A DNA stretch of 64,000 nt from Octopus vulgaris (lineage: Eukaryota). A program made the translations under genes and the position numbers. Positions 12,099 to 26,459 of this stretch are shown piece after piece. Position 1 is the stretch's first letter, and every line of letters starts with the position of its first letter. Below the pieces are notes generated by a model. The model searched no databases and was not told the origin of the DNA. It worked only from the letters and a program-made list of their open reading frames with translations. The stretch spans positions 37,386,001 to 37,450,000 of the forward strand of contig OX597822.1 in assembly GCA_951406725.2 (NCBI GenBank), in the 5' to 3' direction.

Positions 12099-13780
12099 TT
12101 AAACCCTAGTGTTGATTTTTATTCTCAAGAAATAAAAGTTCTGGCATGAATGAGCTCTAGGAACAGTGCTATTTCAACAATCATTTTCTTCAACTTAAAA
12201 GCAGCCTTTGTATCAGCATTGGCGTCATTTTTTACGATGTGCAAATTCAGCATTTCTTTTATCTTTCAAACCAGATTTTACTAGCAAGAAATAATAAAAA
12301 TATTGATTTTAGATTTTGGTATAAGACCAGAATTTCGGTGGAGGGGTAAGTCAATTGCATTGACCCTAGCATTCAACTGGTAGTCACTTTATTAACCTTG
12401 AAAGAATAAAAGGCAGAGTCAACCTCGGCAGAATTTGAACTCAGAACATGACAATAGACAAAATGCCACAAAGCATTTTGCCCAGTGTGCTAACAATTCT
12501 ACCGCTTTAGAAATAATAATGTCAATAATGATGATGATGATGATGATGATGATGGCAATGATGATCATGATGGCAATGATGATGATAATGATGACAATGA
12601 TGACGATGGCAGTGGTGGTGGCGATGATGTTAGTGACAACAAAGACTTCACCCTCCTTTTTCTGTAATTGTCATACAAATTTTTGGTTATTCCTTTTTAA
12701 TCATCATCATGCTAATTGATACATTACGTCAAATCTGATCTTTAATCCATACACTCAGGAGCCATTCTATTTTAAACATTACATTAGATCTATGAAAAAA
12801 ATAAAGTCCAAGCAATTAACATTGTATCTTCTTGAGCACTTGACTTAATTCTCTCTCTGTTGTCACATATTATTTGCATTGTAAATTTTGCAAGCCTTAA
12901 TGTTTTGTTTAAGTGGATGATTTGTTTTTCTCTTGCACCAAGCCTTTTTTAGCCATCAAGTTTACAATCCATTATAATCACTTTATGGTACCTTTTCTGC
13001 ATTACTGCCTTCAGTTTCTCTTGATGACTTCTTTCCAAACGTTTTGAACTGCAGGTAATTATTTACAACAAATATGTATTAAAAAAAACATAGCACCAGG
13101 AAAGAACTGGGTTTTTTGAGAGCAAAAAATTGTTTTATTCCTATAGATGTAAGAATGAAAATGAGAAAATGAAAGAAGATGAAAGGCCGAAAGAGTGAGG
13201 TCTCCGGAAGAACTGAATGATTACTGTTAGTTGAAGGGTTTCCAGGTTCATGTATACTGTTTCTTGCACCACTTAAAACATAAAAACCTCACACTCCACT
13301 TACACACACACACATATGCAATGGGGTTCTTTCAGTTTCTGTTTACTAAATCCACTCACAAAGCTCTGGTCAGTCTGGGTCTATAGTAGGTGCCATGCAA
13401 TGGGATTGAACCTGGAACCATATGGTCAGGAAGCAAACCTCTTACTACATTGCCTCACATGCATGTATTTACATAACCACACACACACACACACACACAT
13501 ACTGATTTCAAATTTTGGCTCAAGGCCAGCAATTTTGGAGGATGAGTAAGTTGATTACATTGACCCCAGTACTCAACTGGTACTTATTTTATTGATCCAG
13601 AAAGGATGAAAGGCAAAATCAATTTCAGCAGAATTTGAACTCAGAATGTAAAGATGAATGAAATGCTGCTAAGCACTTTGTCCTGTGCAGTAACAGTTCT
13701 GCAAGCTCACCACTTCACAGTCATCATAGATCGTTAGCCACTACACACATTTTTTTTCTCTCCTTGTTTTTTCTGTGTAC

Positions 13781-13816
13781 CTTTCTGTAGAAGAGCGTAG
13801 GCTCGAAACGTAAAAG
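13781..13816 (+). ncRNA. Hammerhead-like motif (variant core) in a Penelope-like terminal remnant (about 13725-13905) ending in (TA)n
   Basis: CTTT-CTGTAGA-A-GAGC-GTAG-GCTC-GAAACGT-A-AAAG: stems I and II intact, stem III palindrome ACGT, GUA triplet; core position A6 is U. Confidence 0.6.
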
Positions 13817-13902
13817 ACTTTTCTATTCTTGAGCGTTATACTAATACATCTGTTTGTTTTGTACACCACCTGTCTTCGTCTTTTGTTTTTTTCGTAAACT
13901 TT

Positions 13903-13949
<47 letters not shown>

Positions 13950-14572
13950 CACCTGTTTTATTTCAAAAATATAGTAAATGATACCCTTGTATTCTCAGAA
14001 GTGTAATGCCCACATTTTCAAAATCTGTTGAGGTGAATATATTTTCGCTTCTTCTAATTAAAAGATTCATTATACTTGTCAATCTCATCTTGCCCCAAAT
14101 ATTTGTAATTCTTGCATATCTCCATGATTGTATTGTCAGGCCAGTGTATTTTATAGTCTATCTTAGCTGAGCATAATTTCTCCTCATTTTACCACTATAA
14201 ATGCACCAAATTTCATTCCAATGTCTGTGGAGATCCAATTGCTAGTTGATATGTTTAATACTTAGCCTATACAGATTCAGAACGTTGACAAGGAAAAGAT
14301 GAAAGGCTGTTTTTTCTAGATTCAGTATATCCATTTCTATAAACACCAGTGAGCAGGTATGATAATGAATTTAACAAGAAAACAAAGAGTAATACAGACA
14401 AGCTATTAGTCTGCAGGTTGTCTTTCTCAGTAATGTATGATATCAAATTTAATTATTCTGTATTTATTTCTCAGCAGTAAAGCAGTGAAGCTATTTTAAT
14501 CAAGTGCTTAATTTGTATGCATGTTTTGCATTAATGTCTATGCATGTATGTGTACATAGATACACTTAATCA

Positions 14573-14605
<33 letters not shown>

Positions 14606-15222
14606 GTAATTTTATGTCTACTTTCCTTACTAATGTGGGTTGGGTTTGTTACAATTTAAACCAGTTCTTATTTAGACACTGCCCTCCTAGATGGGTCAGA
14701 GGTACACATCTCACTCATAAGCTTCAGTTTTGGCTTTGTTTTCTATGGTTTAATAATACCCTTCTATTCACCAACCACTTTACAGATTATAGTGAGCGCA
14801 TGTAATCATATCATCAACACTAGAGATTTTATTTTATCATCAACAAGATATAGGAGTACTCTTGACCCCACATAATCTTTGCTTGTCCACCAGCCACCAC
14901 ATTACACAATGCAATGGGTGTGGGGGTTGTCTTGTAGATGTGTCTAATTTGCTCAAGGTAGTTTTACAGAGTAGTTTTTGGCCTAGTGCATAATGAGTTG
15001 CACCTTTGTAGAACACTGGTCTCTGAGAATTACACAGCTGTTACATATGATTCCTGGAAGTCAGCAGTGCACACTGATGGCCACGCCATGGTACCTCACT
15101 TTGACTAGTGAGCAAAACTAAGCAGAGGTAGAGGCTACCAACAATTTCAGAAGGGTTGTTGTACAGAGTGTTCACTCCTTAAGTGTACAAAGACAGAAAT
15201 GGCAGATGAGGTAGAAGTACCC

Positions 15223-15475
15223 ATTATAGTCAGGAGGCGAGCTGGCAAAAGTGTTAGCATGCCGGGCGAAATGCTTAGTGGTATTTCGTCTGCCGTTATG
15301 TTCTGAATTCAAATTCCATCGGAGTCAACTTTGCCTTTCATCCTTTCAGGGTCGATGAAATAAGTACCAGTTATACACCGGGGTCGATGTAATCGACTTA
15401 ATCCCTTTATCTGTCCTTGTTTGTACCCTCTATGTTTAACCCCCAGTGGGCAATAAAGAAATAAATTATAGTCAG
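15223..15475 (+). mobile_element. Full-length Nin-like SINE with a perfect 11-bp target-site duplication
   Basis: ATTATAGTCAG at 15223-15233 and 15465-15475 flanks the element. Confidence 0.9.
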
Positions 15476-15864
15476 TAACTCAAAAGGCATGACTGCAAGA
15501 CATGTGACACATCTAGGGCATTCTCTTCATAGAATAGATTTGTGGCCAGCTGCCCTGGAAGGGACTGGGACCCCATGATATACATAATTGTACAAATAGT
15601 AATTTATGAATCTTAGACTACTTCAGTAGTTCCCAACCATTTCACTAACAAGGATCCCTTTTATTTAAATGAGTTTTCCCACGGACCCCTTTGTGTATAT
15701 GGGATTAACCTGGGTTTCCCATCCAAACCTTTTATGAAAGGGAAACCCAGGGTAACCCCATAAACCTGCCATCACTAGGGAAAAAATATAGGCTGCTCTA
15801 CTTCTTAGAGTGAGCTTCTTCTCTGGATTAATGTTTTTCTAAAAAAACGATATATATATATATA

Positions 15865-15947
15865 CTGTTGTGTCTGGGGAGAGTCATTCTCTTTTGGTGC
15901 CTTATAATTTAACACAAAAAGAGAATGACTCTCCCCTGACACAACAG
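15865..15947. repeat. Compact hairpin, ~35-bp stem and ~13-nt loop, next to (TA)n
   Basis: CTGTTGTGTCTGGGGAGAGTCATTCTCTTTTGGTG pairs with CACAAAAAGAGAATGACTCTCCCCTGACACAACAG. Confidence 0.9.
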
Positions 15948-16004
15948 AATATGCTTCAAAAACACGAACTCACATAAAGAATCTTGCAAACCAAATCCAA
16001 AAAC

Positions 16005-16280
16005 GAATAGGGATAGATGAGTGGTTAGTGAGAGCTGTGCAAGCCATGTACAGGGACACTGTCAGTAAGGTGAGGGTTGGCAACAAGTACAGTGAAGAAT
16101 TCCGGGCAGAGGTAGGGGTCCACCAAGGTTCAGTCCTCAGCCCCCTCCTATTTATCATAGTCCTCCAGGCAATAACAGAATTCAAGACAGGATGCCCCTG
16201 GGAGCTCCTCTATGCTGACGACCTTGCTCTAATTGTTGAGTCACTATCAGAACTAAAGAAATTTCAGGTGGGGAAACAAG
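16005..16280 (+). mobile_element. Short RT fragment of the same RTE LINE family
   Basis: GVHQGSVLSPLLFIIVL...LLYADDLAL; very similar to 53205-53480. Confidence 0.92.
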
Positions 16281-17162
16281 TCACTCCTACACCTATAAAT
16301 TTCTAAGTTTTTGTTTTTTTAAAATCCATTCCAAAGAGAAAATGGATGGTACTCAAGGCTTGTGCAGTTCCTCTAAGACTAGAGAGGTCAATGAGGCTGA
16401 TGCTCAGCTTGAACCTCTGTATGTGATATGTGAAAGGAAATGTAAGCTAAAGAAAAATTCAAGGGGATGGCTGCTCTGTTGAGAAAGGACTGAACAAAGT
16501 GTTTAGTGTGTTGTTTTATGTGGAAGGGGACATGTAGGGATGAAGAGATGTGGGGGCAGGGAGGGAGAAAGGCAAATAAGGGTAATATTTAACTTGCTTG
16601 TTCAAGGGAGGAGAAACTATTATAGTTGCTAGTTTCAGTAGAAGAGGTGGGTGTTGACAGACCTAAGAAACAACCATCTATGTGGTCGCTCAACGGGCTC
16701 GAAATAGCAGCCAAAGTTCCCTCAAATCACACTCTATCTTTGAAAAAAGGGAAAAGAAACATTAGATATTGTAGTTATAAATAGCTCTAAAATAGCTTTT
16801 CTTGTTCAGGACTGATTAGGGGCTAAATGACAACAATAGCTGTGGAAACTTGGGAGGTAATAAGATAATGTGATCTAAAAGAAACAGCAGCAAAATATGC
16901 CTCAAATTAAGCTCTATTGCTTTTATAAATGGAAGGACATGTTACTCTTTTGCTTGTTTCAGTCATTTGACTGCGGCCATGCTGGAGCACCGCCTTTAGT
17001 TGAGCAAATCGACCCCAGGACTTATTCTTTGTAAGCCTAGTACTTATTCTATCAGTCTGTTTTGCTGAACTGCTAAGTTATGGGGATGTAAACACACCAG
17101 CATCGGTTATCAAGCGATGTTGGGAGGAGGGTACAAACACAGAATCACAAACACATACACGC

Positions 17163-17236
<74 letters not shown>

Positions 17237-19169
17237 CCGTAGAAACACTGCCAGATCTGACTAGGCCTGATGAAGCCTTCCGGCTTCACAGACCCCAGTT
17301 GAACCGTCCAACCCATGCTAGCATGGAAAACGGACGCTAAACGATGATGATGATGATGATATATATATATACATATATACGATGGGCCTCTTTCAGTTTC
17401 CATCTACCAAATCCACTCACAACGCTTTGGTTGGCCTAAGGCTATTGTAGAAGACACTTGCCCAAGGTGCCACGCAGTGGGACTGAATTCGGAACCATGT
17501 GATTGGCAAGCAAGCTACATACCACACAGCCACTCCTAGATAATAAAGTCCTGGTTATATAATAAAGATGGAATGATCAAGGCTAGAGAGACTTAGAATA
17601 CAGATCTGCAGGATCAGGGCTGACCTGGGGTTAAATAACAGCAATTAAGTAGACAAGAGGAAAGCATTGGTTCTGTAGACCTATGGGATTTGGGGTATCA
17701 TTAGATTTTCCACTGTAGAAAGCTTTACCATCAGAACTTCTGCAACTGCCATTTTTAATTCAAATCCATAACGTGCCCATCTGATGAGTGTAGAGGGTCA
17801 CCTTCACACAAAACTCAAAGCCACGACTATCATCTGTTATTATGCTCATATTAAACTATGCATGTTTGAGTATGTAAACAGATCTTTTCTTGAACCAGTT
17901 GCACATTAACAAAAAAAGAAAAAAGGAATGATTAGTATATACTCTGAGCAAATGTCTGCTACTTTGATCTCAGACCCAACCAAAACCTCATATGTTAATT
18001 TGATTCAGAAACTATGTGAAAAACTGTCTCAAGCTTAATCTATAACTTCATCTTTGTCTTCATTTAATATCACCTTTATATGGCCCTCATATGAAGGTAA
18101 TATTAACTTTGTTGTCATCATCTTAATCATCCTCATTATCATCACCGTTATCATCATCATGATCAACATCATAATCATCGCAGTCGTCGTCATCATCATC
18201 ATCATCATCATCATCAATAACAACATCACAGCATGGTCACAGTCAAATGACTGAAACAGGTAAAAGAATAAAAAAATAGGTGTGCTTTAGCAGGGTACAC
18301 ATTGTTGCAATCACTCCTTTACCAGAGCTACTCAAAAAGGCTTTGTGTGTGTGTGTGTGTGTATGTACGTGTGTGTGTGTGTGGTGCTGCTGTTATTCTT
18401 CTGTTTAAACCATTCAATAAATATATGGGTACTTGACAAGTACCAAATATATGAAACCTAAAAGACAAAAAAAAAAAAGGGATCACTCAGACTTTGAAAC
18501 TGTGATGATTCTACAAATAGGGAGGTTTAGAGAGTAATGAGAATGGTATGGTCCACTCTTTCCGTTCTGTTGCTGTCCAACTTTTGGGTAAGATTAAAAT
18601 GAGTGGTAGCGAAAAACAGGGCGAGCTGGTTGGGATTTGATCTTTGATGGTAAAAGAAGAGTAGACATTAAAATGATGATGTTGTTGTTGTTGATGATGC
18701 TGATGATGATGACGATGACGATGATGATGATTAAGATGACGACGACAAAGTTAATGGCGACGACGACGACGACGATGATCTGACGACGATAGTGCCGGTA
18801 ATGAGAATTATGACGATGATGATGATAATGATGATGCTGATGTTAAGTGATAAGTGATAGGTAATGTAGTAATGTCGGTGGTGTATATATGGAGTTAACT
18901 AGTTTAGTTGTTCAACAGATAATGTTTCGTTCGTTTCGCAGTTTCATACACCTTCGCCACCTTTGGTTGGGCGTGTTTTTATTTAACATGCCTAACATAG
19001 CTCTCCCGCCCTCTCAGATTTCTCTCCCCGCTTCTCTCTCTCACACACGCACACTCGAGAGAGGGAGAAGTGAAAGAAAGGTGGACGAACAAGACACCTT
19101 AATAAAGAACAAAGATAAATTATTTATCTGGGAGCTGACCTGTAATTTCACAGTCACGTGATACACGTT

Positions 19170-19430
19170 ACTATTGTTATTCAGCCCCAGGTCAGCCCTG
19201 ACTCAGCAGACCTCTGATCAAAATCGTTCCATAGTATCATAAAGTCTTTCTCTAGGATATTGCGTATCAAGCTTGGCCGACATTGGATCATATCCAATCT
19301 AATTCAAGCTAGATACGCAGTTATCTAATGTATTCCTTCTTTTACAAGTTATTAGGGATGTAATTTGTGGGAAAATTTGGCTGCTATTTCTAACAGATTG
19401 CGCGATGATATAGTACTCCCTGTGGTTCAC
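19170..19430 (-). mobile_element. Representative of a dispersed ~250-bp SINE-like family ending GGGCTGACCTGGGGCTAAACAAC
   Basis: Shared motifs CTAGAAATAGCAGCCAAAT and GGGCTGACCTGGGG also near 11000-11300, 16680, 17600, 28650(-), 30190, 30510(-), 35170(-), 37630(-), 50460(-), 51230, 60110-60520 and 61140. Confidence 0.65.
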
Positions 19431-19479
19431 AGAGCTAAGTAGTTTGACACGGGACTCTCCTGTAAAGTCAGTCAGTCAG

Positions 19480-19620
19480 GTAAGTCAGCAGACAGGCAGA
19501 TGGTTGGGTTGTTTACAAAGTTGGTAAATTAGCGCGAACGGCCAGGTACATGACGTCACGCAACAGTTTACTTTGTCGGTATTTCTTTTTTTAAAAAAGT
19601 GCTTTCTCTAGATTGCAAAC
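19480..19620. promoter_or_regulatory. CpG-retaining non-repetitive segment with a palindromic CRE site
   Basis: TGACGTCA at 19551-19558; E-box GTCACGTGAT at about 19153. No linked exon identified. Confidence 0.25.
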
Positions 19621-20335
19621 CTTTCAGCGTAGAGAATGAAAAACTTTACGGGAAGGGGAACTGAAACTAGATATATACACGGAATTCCCTTGGTACGCAG
19701 GGTTTTCTTAGAACCGATAAGTCAGAGGGATTAAAAAGGCATTTATTTACATATTCCTGTTTAAGTTTGCAAGGATTGGTTGAGCGTAGGAGTGTTGTAG
19801 TATTTTGTTACCTCCCCTTAAGTTCTGAGTTCAATTTTCCCAGGTCGACTTTTCCTAACCTGATCTTTCAGCTGTTCATAAAATAAGTTACGAGGATCAA
19901 TGTAGATAGTGTCTCTGCACAAATTAATAAAAGATTTTGTGTATATGTGCGTGTGTGTGAGTGTGGGCAATATATATATATTTATTATATTTTTTTTTAT
20001 ATACCCAGGGCTATTCCCCATTTTTTAGGAGCGGGTAGCCACAACTAGACACACCAGGCATTCCATTAATTTTTCAGCTCAAAGGGCCCCGTTCTATGCT
20101 CGGGTCAAGACATAGAATGCAACCCCCAATATCAGCAGTGGGGGCCTGGCAGCATATGCTGGTTTACCCCCGCCGCATCATGCTGGTTCCGTATGAGTGA
20201 GAAATCCAGATTAACCCCCTAAACCAGCCTCCCCCATTATAATATTAACTACTCTACATCTTAGAGTGCGCTTCTTTGGATTTATGTATTTCTACAAACA
20301 ATATATACATATACATACATACATACATATATATA

Positions 20336-22445
<2,110 letters not shown>

Positions 22446-22448
22446 ATA

Positions 22449-23142
22449 AATAATAAATCTCTGAGCGAGGTATAAACAGTAACTGCTCTATAATATAAGC
22501 GGGATCAGCCATCTGAATGTGGCTAGGGACAGGGCGGGGTGGTGGGGGGTTACTGATGCATTTAGCCCCAGGCGACTATCGACGTCACCAGAAGAGCCGA
22601 CACCATCACGGTGTCCTTGCTAGCCTGCAAAGGGAGATCAGCCTCACCGAAGATACGGATGCTACGCACGGACTCTTCTGGTGACGTCGATAGTCGCCTG
22701 GGGCTAAATGCATCAGTAACACCCCCCACCACCCTGCCCTGTCCCTAGCCACATTCAGATGGCTGATCCCGCTTATATTATAGAGCAGTTACTGTTTATA
22801 CCTCGCTCAGAGATTTATTATTGTTATCGAACGGATTTTCTACGCCAGTGACTGTGGTTACTGTGAAAATCTATATATATCTGACCTGTACAGGAAGTCC
22901 CTCAGCGAAGAACGGTGCTTGCCATGCGCTGACAAGAGGCAAATACCTCGAAACCGGTCCGTGTGTAGCATCCGTATCTTCGGTGAGGCTGATCTCCCTT
23001 TGCAGGCTAGCAAGGACACCGTGATGGTGTCGGCTCTTCTGGTGACGTCGATAGTCGCCTAGGGCTAAATGCATCAGTAACACCCCCACCACCCCACCCT
23101 GTCCCTAGCCACATTCAGATGGCTGATCCCGCTTATATTATA
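22449..23142 (+). mobile_element. Retrozyme-like / Penelope pseudo-LTR element: ~1.3 tandem copies of a 360-361-bp HHR-bearing unit preceded by an inverted partial copy
   Basis: 22673-22782 repeats at 23034-23142. 22449-22673 is the reverse complement of unit sequence. Both sides are flanked by (TA)n. No credible ORF. Confidence 0.75.
22923..22965 (+). ncRNA. Type I hammerhead ribozyme motif (G8-to-A variant) inside the ~360-bp repeat unit
   Basis: Stem I CATGCG/CGTGTG; core CTGACAA (canonical CUGANGA, one CpG-type transition); stem II GAGG-CAAATA-CCTC; GAAA; palindromic stem III ACCGGT; GUC triplet with predicted cut between 22959 and 22960. Confidence 0.75.
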
Positions 23143-23463
23143 TATATATATATATATGGCTGTGGCCATGCTGGGGCAAGCACCCACTACATTCTCGGAG
23201 TGGTTGGCATTAGGAAGGGCATCCAGCTGTAGAAACTCTGCCAGATCAGATTGGAGCCTGGTGCAGACATCTGCTTTGCCGGTCCTCAGTCAAATCGTCC
23301 AACCCATGCTAGCATGGAAAGCGGATGTTAAATGATGATGATGATGATGATATCTATATATACACATTACAGATATAGTGTGAAATATAATTAATTTAAT
23401 AAAATCAACAAATTTCACCTAGTTGTATTTCGGTATGGAAAAGGACCATATTCGGTAAAAACT

Positions 23464-23742
23464 TATACAATTATAACAATAAGGGATGTTGCAACAAGTT
23501 GCTTGAGCACATATGTCTCCACAGACAACAATATTTGTAACTCACATATAGCAAAAAAAAAAGAAGACTGATTTCATTATTTTTCTTCTTTTTTTTGCCA
23601 TATGTGAGTTACGGATATTGTTGTCTGTAGAGACATATTTTTGTAGTAAAAGGAAATAGTAGTCCTTTGGCTGCTATTTCTAAAATTTTCAGTATGTGGT
23701 CAAGCAACTTGTTGCAAAAACCCTTATTGTCATAATTGTATA
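23464..23742. repeat. Fold-back inverted repeat (arms 23464-23567 and 23584-23742; right arm has ~55 bp extra)
   Basis: TATACAATTATAACAATAAGGG...GCAACAAGTTGCTTGA pairs with TCAAGCAACTTGTTGC...CCCTTATTGTCATAATTGTATA; ACAGACAACAATAT pairs with ATATTGTTGTCTGT. Confidence 0.88.
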
Positions 23743-24675
23743 TATATATATATATATATATGCCCTCAGCCTCCTTCTTCTACAATTTTTTCTACAATTT
23801 TTTCTACAATACATCTGCCATCAAAATGATATGTCTTTCTGCTCAGTTTGACTTATCCGAATAAGCAACTGTATGTTATACATGGAAACTCTTGAGAAAT
23901 AGGCCTGTGGACCAGCCTATATCATCATGATCATCCTCATTGTTTAACATCTGTTTTCTATGCTGGCATGAGTTGGACAGTTTGACAGGAGCTGTCCAGA
24001 CTCCAATTGTCTGTTGTGGCATGGTTTCTATGGCTGATTGCTCTTCCTAACACCAACCACTTTACAGAGTGTGTTGGGTGCTTTTTATGTGCCAATGGTA
24101 TGGGTGCATTTATGCAGCACCAGCACGAATGCATTTTACGTAGTACCAGTAGCTGTAAAGGACAAGTCTGTATGTATGGACGACAATGATTTTATTTAGC
24201 TTGACGCGTTTTCTCAAGTACAGCAAACCATCACAATTCCTGGCCCCTTGTCATTTCCTCAGTGAAGCCCAGTGACTGAACATCCTTTCTTACCACTTTG
24301 TCCCACGTCTTCTTGAGTCTACCCCTTCCACAAGTTTCCTCCACAATTATATAAAGAGGTATACATGTTAATATTTATTACTTTATTGACCACAGATGGG
24401 GATGATAAACATAGTGGGGTCGAACAAGTACATAGGGATTAAGTCAATTACATCGACCCCAGTGCATAGCTGGTACTTATTTAATTGACTCTGGAAAGAT
24501 GAAAGGCAAAGTCAACCTTGGTGGAATTTGAACTCAGAACGTAATGGCAGACGAAATACCCCTAAGCATTTTGCCCGGTGTGCTAATGATTCTGCCACCT
24601 TGCTGCCCTAATACATGTTAATATCAAAATATATCTTTTGTCATTTATGTTTTAGTTATTTTACTCACTAGACTG

Positions 24676-24976
24676 TGGAGGCACATAGCCTAGTGGTTAG
24701 AGCAGTGGACTTGCAGTTGAGGGATCGCAGGTTCGAATCTCAGACCGGGCGATGTGTGTGTTTATGAGCGAAACACCTAGGCTCCACGCGGATCCAGCAG
24801 AAGGTAATGGCAAACTTCTGCTGATTCTTTCACCATAACTTTCTCTCAGTCTTTCCTCACGCATCTTGCAGCTCACCTGCGACGGATTGGCATCCCGTCC
24901 AGGTGGGGAATCTATATGCCAAGGAAACCGGGAAGCCGGACCTATGAGCCAGGCGTGGCTCGAGAAGGAACAAACA
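24676..24976 (+). mobile_element. tRNA-derived SINE with V-domain-like core
   Basis: A-box TAGCCTAGTGG, B-box GGTTCGAATC, core CTGCGACGGATTGGCATCCCGTCCAGG. Inverted copy at about 3378-3682; relative with the same head at about 45270-45650. Confidence 0.85.
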
Positions 24977-26459
24977 ACTCACTGGTCTGCAGTCATTCTG
25001 GGGAACTGCACTTGAACAAATCGACCATAATACTAATTTTAAAATCTGATAGGTGTTCTTTTGATTTCTTGAACCACTAAGTTATAGGGATATAAACAAA
25101 CCAATACTGACTATGAGGTACATATACATTTGTGTATATAATGTATATTTATGTATATATACATATTATTCTTTTATTTGTTTCAGTCAAATGACTGCAG
25201 CCATGCTGGAGCACAGCCTTTTGTCAAACAAATCGATCCCAGGACTTATTCTTTGTAAATCTAATACTTATTCTATCGCTCTTTTGCCAAACTTCTGAGT
25301 TACAGGGAGGTTTTAGGGGGAGCAAACACCCAAACATCAGCTGTCAAGTGATGGTGGGGTGACAAACACAGGCACACATACACACAAATATATACATTTT
25401 AAATTATATATGATGGGCTTCTTTCAGTTTCCGTCTACCAAATCTACTCACAAGGCTTTGGTTGGCCTGAGGCTATAGTAGAAAACGCTTGCCTAAGGTG
25501 CCACGCAGTGAGACTGAACCCAGAACCATGTGGTTGAGAAGCAAGCTTCTTACCACACAGCCACATCTGCAGTTCTGATAGTCCTCCACACAGTTTCAGT
25601 CTACCAGATTTACTCACAAGGCATTGGTTGGCCCAGGGCAATAGGAAATGTCACTTGACTAAAGTACCATGCAGTGATATTGAACCTGGAACTATCCACT
25701 CACAAAACAAGCTTCTTAAACACAGATTCTTATGAACTGTTAATTTTGTGCTAATATAACTGTAGCATTGATTGCTAACATTGACAAGGACACAAATTTT
25801 TAGGGAGGACCTTGTTGAATATAGCAAATAACTGGTACTTCATTTTTACTGAGACCCGCCCCTCCCCCACAAAGTTGAAAAGATACGCCAACTTTGGTAA
25901 TGTTTGAACCTACAATGGAACTCTCTTGAAATGATTTTGGGAGAGGAAAATACTAACGTTTTGGGACAGACCCTTCGTCAAAGAAAGGCTACCTTCGACG
26001 TCAGTGTATTTGATTAGTACTATCATTTTTATCATTTTAGTGACCCTTGGAAAATTAATAAAAGATGTCCATCTGGACCGGAATTTATTTGAGTAAAAAA
26101 ACGCAAATGTCAAAAGATGTTTCGCGCAATGTTCTACCGATTCAGTCAAGTGACGACACTGAATGTAAGTATAAAACACTTGCACGAGGTGCAGTGCAGT
26201 GGGATGAAACCCTGCGCCTCGGGATTACGAAAGAAACTTCTTAACCACAAGGCTATGAATGCTATAGCTGTATCTGAACAGGAAGTCTTGTTGCTGGACC
26301 TCGAGCCCTCGTTTATTAAACCCCATGCGAGAAACATTCAAGACGGTAGGATACGATTTGTGAGAGATTTGACAATTATTTCTAGCAGACTAAGTGTTCG
26401 TATAGAACAGGCATGGGCAACCTTTCTTCGAAAAGCGGTCTGCTTTACTGAAAAGATCT

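Noticed and set aside
12435-12719. Poly-Met, poly-Ile and poly-Leu ORFs here and at 11298, 18035 and 56722
   Set aside because: They are trinucleotide microsatellites (ATG, ATC, AAC, CAG), not coding sequence.
24676-24750. tRNA-like A/B boxes here and at about 3610-3680 and 45270-45345
   Set aside because: They are SINE heads continuing into SINE body; no intact cloverleaf, so not called tRNA genes.
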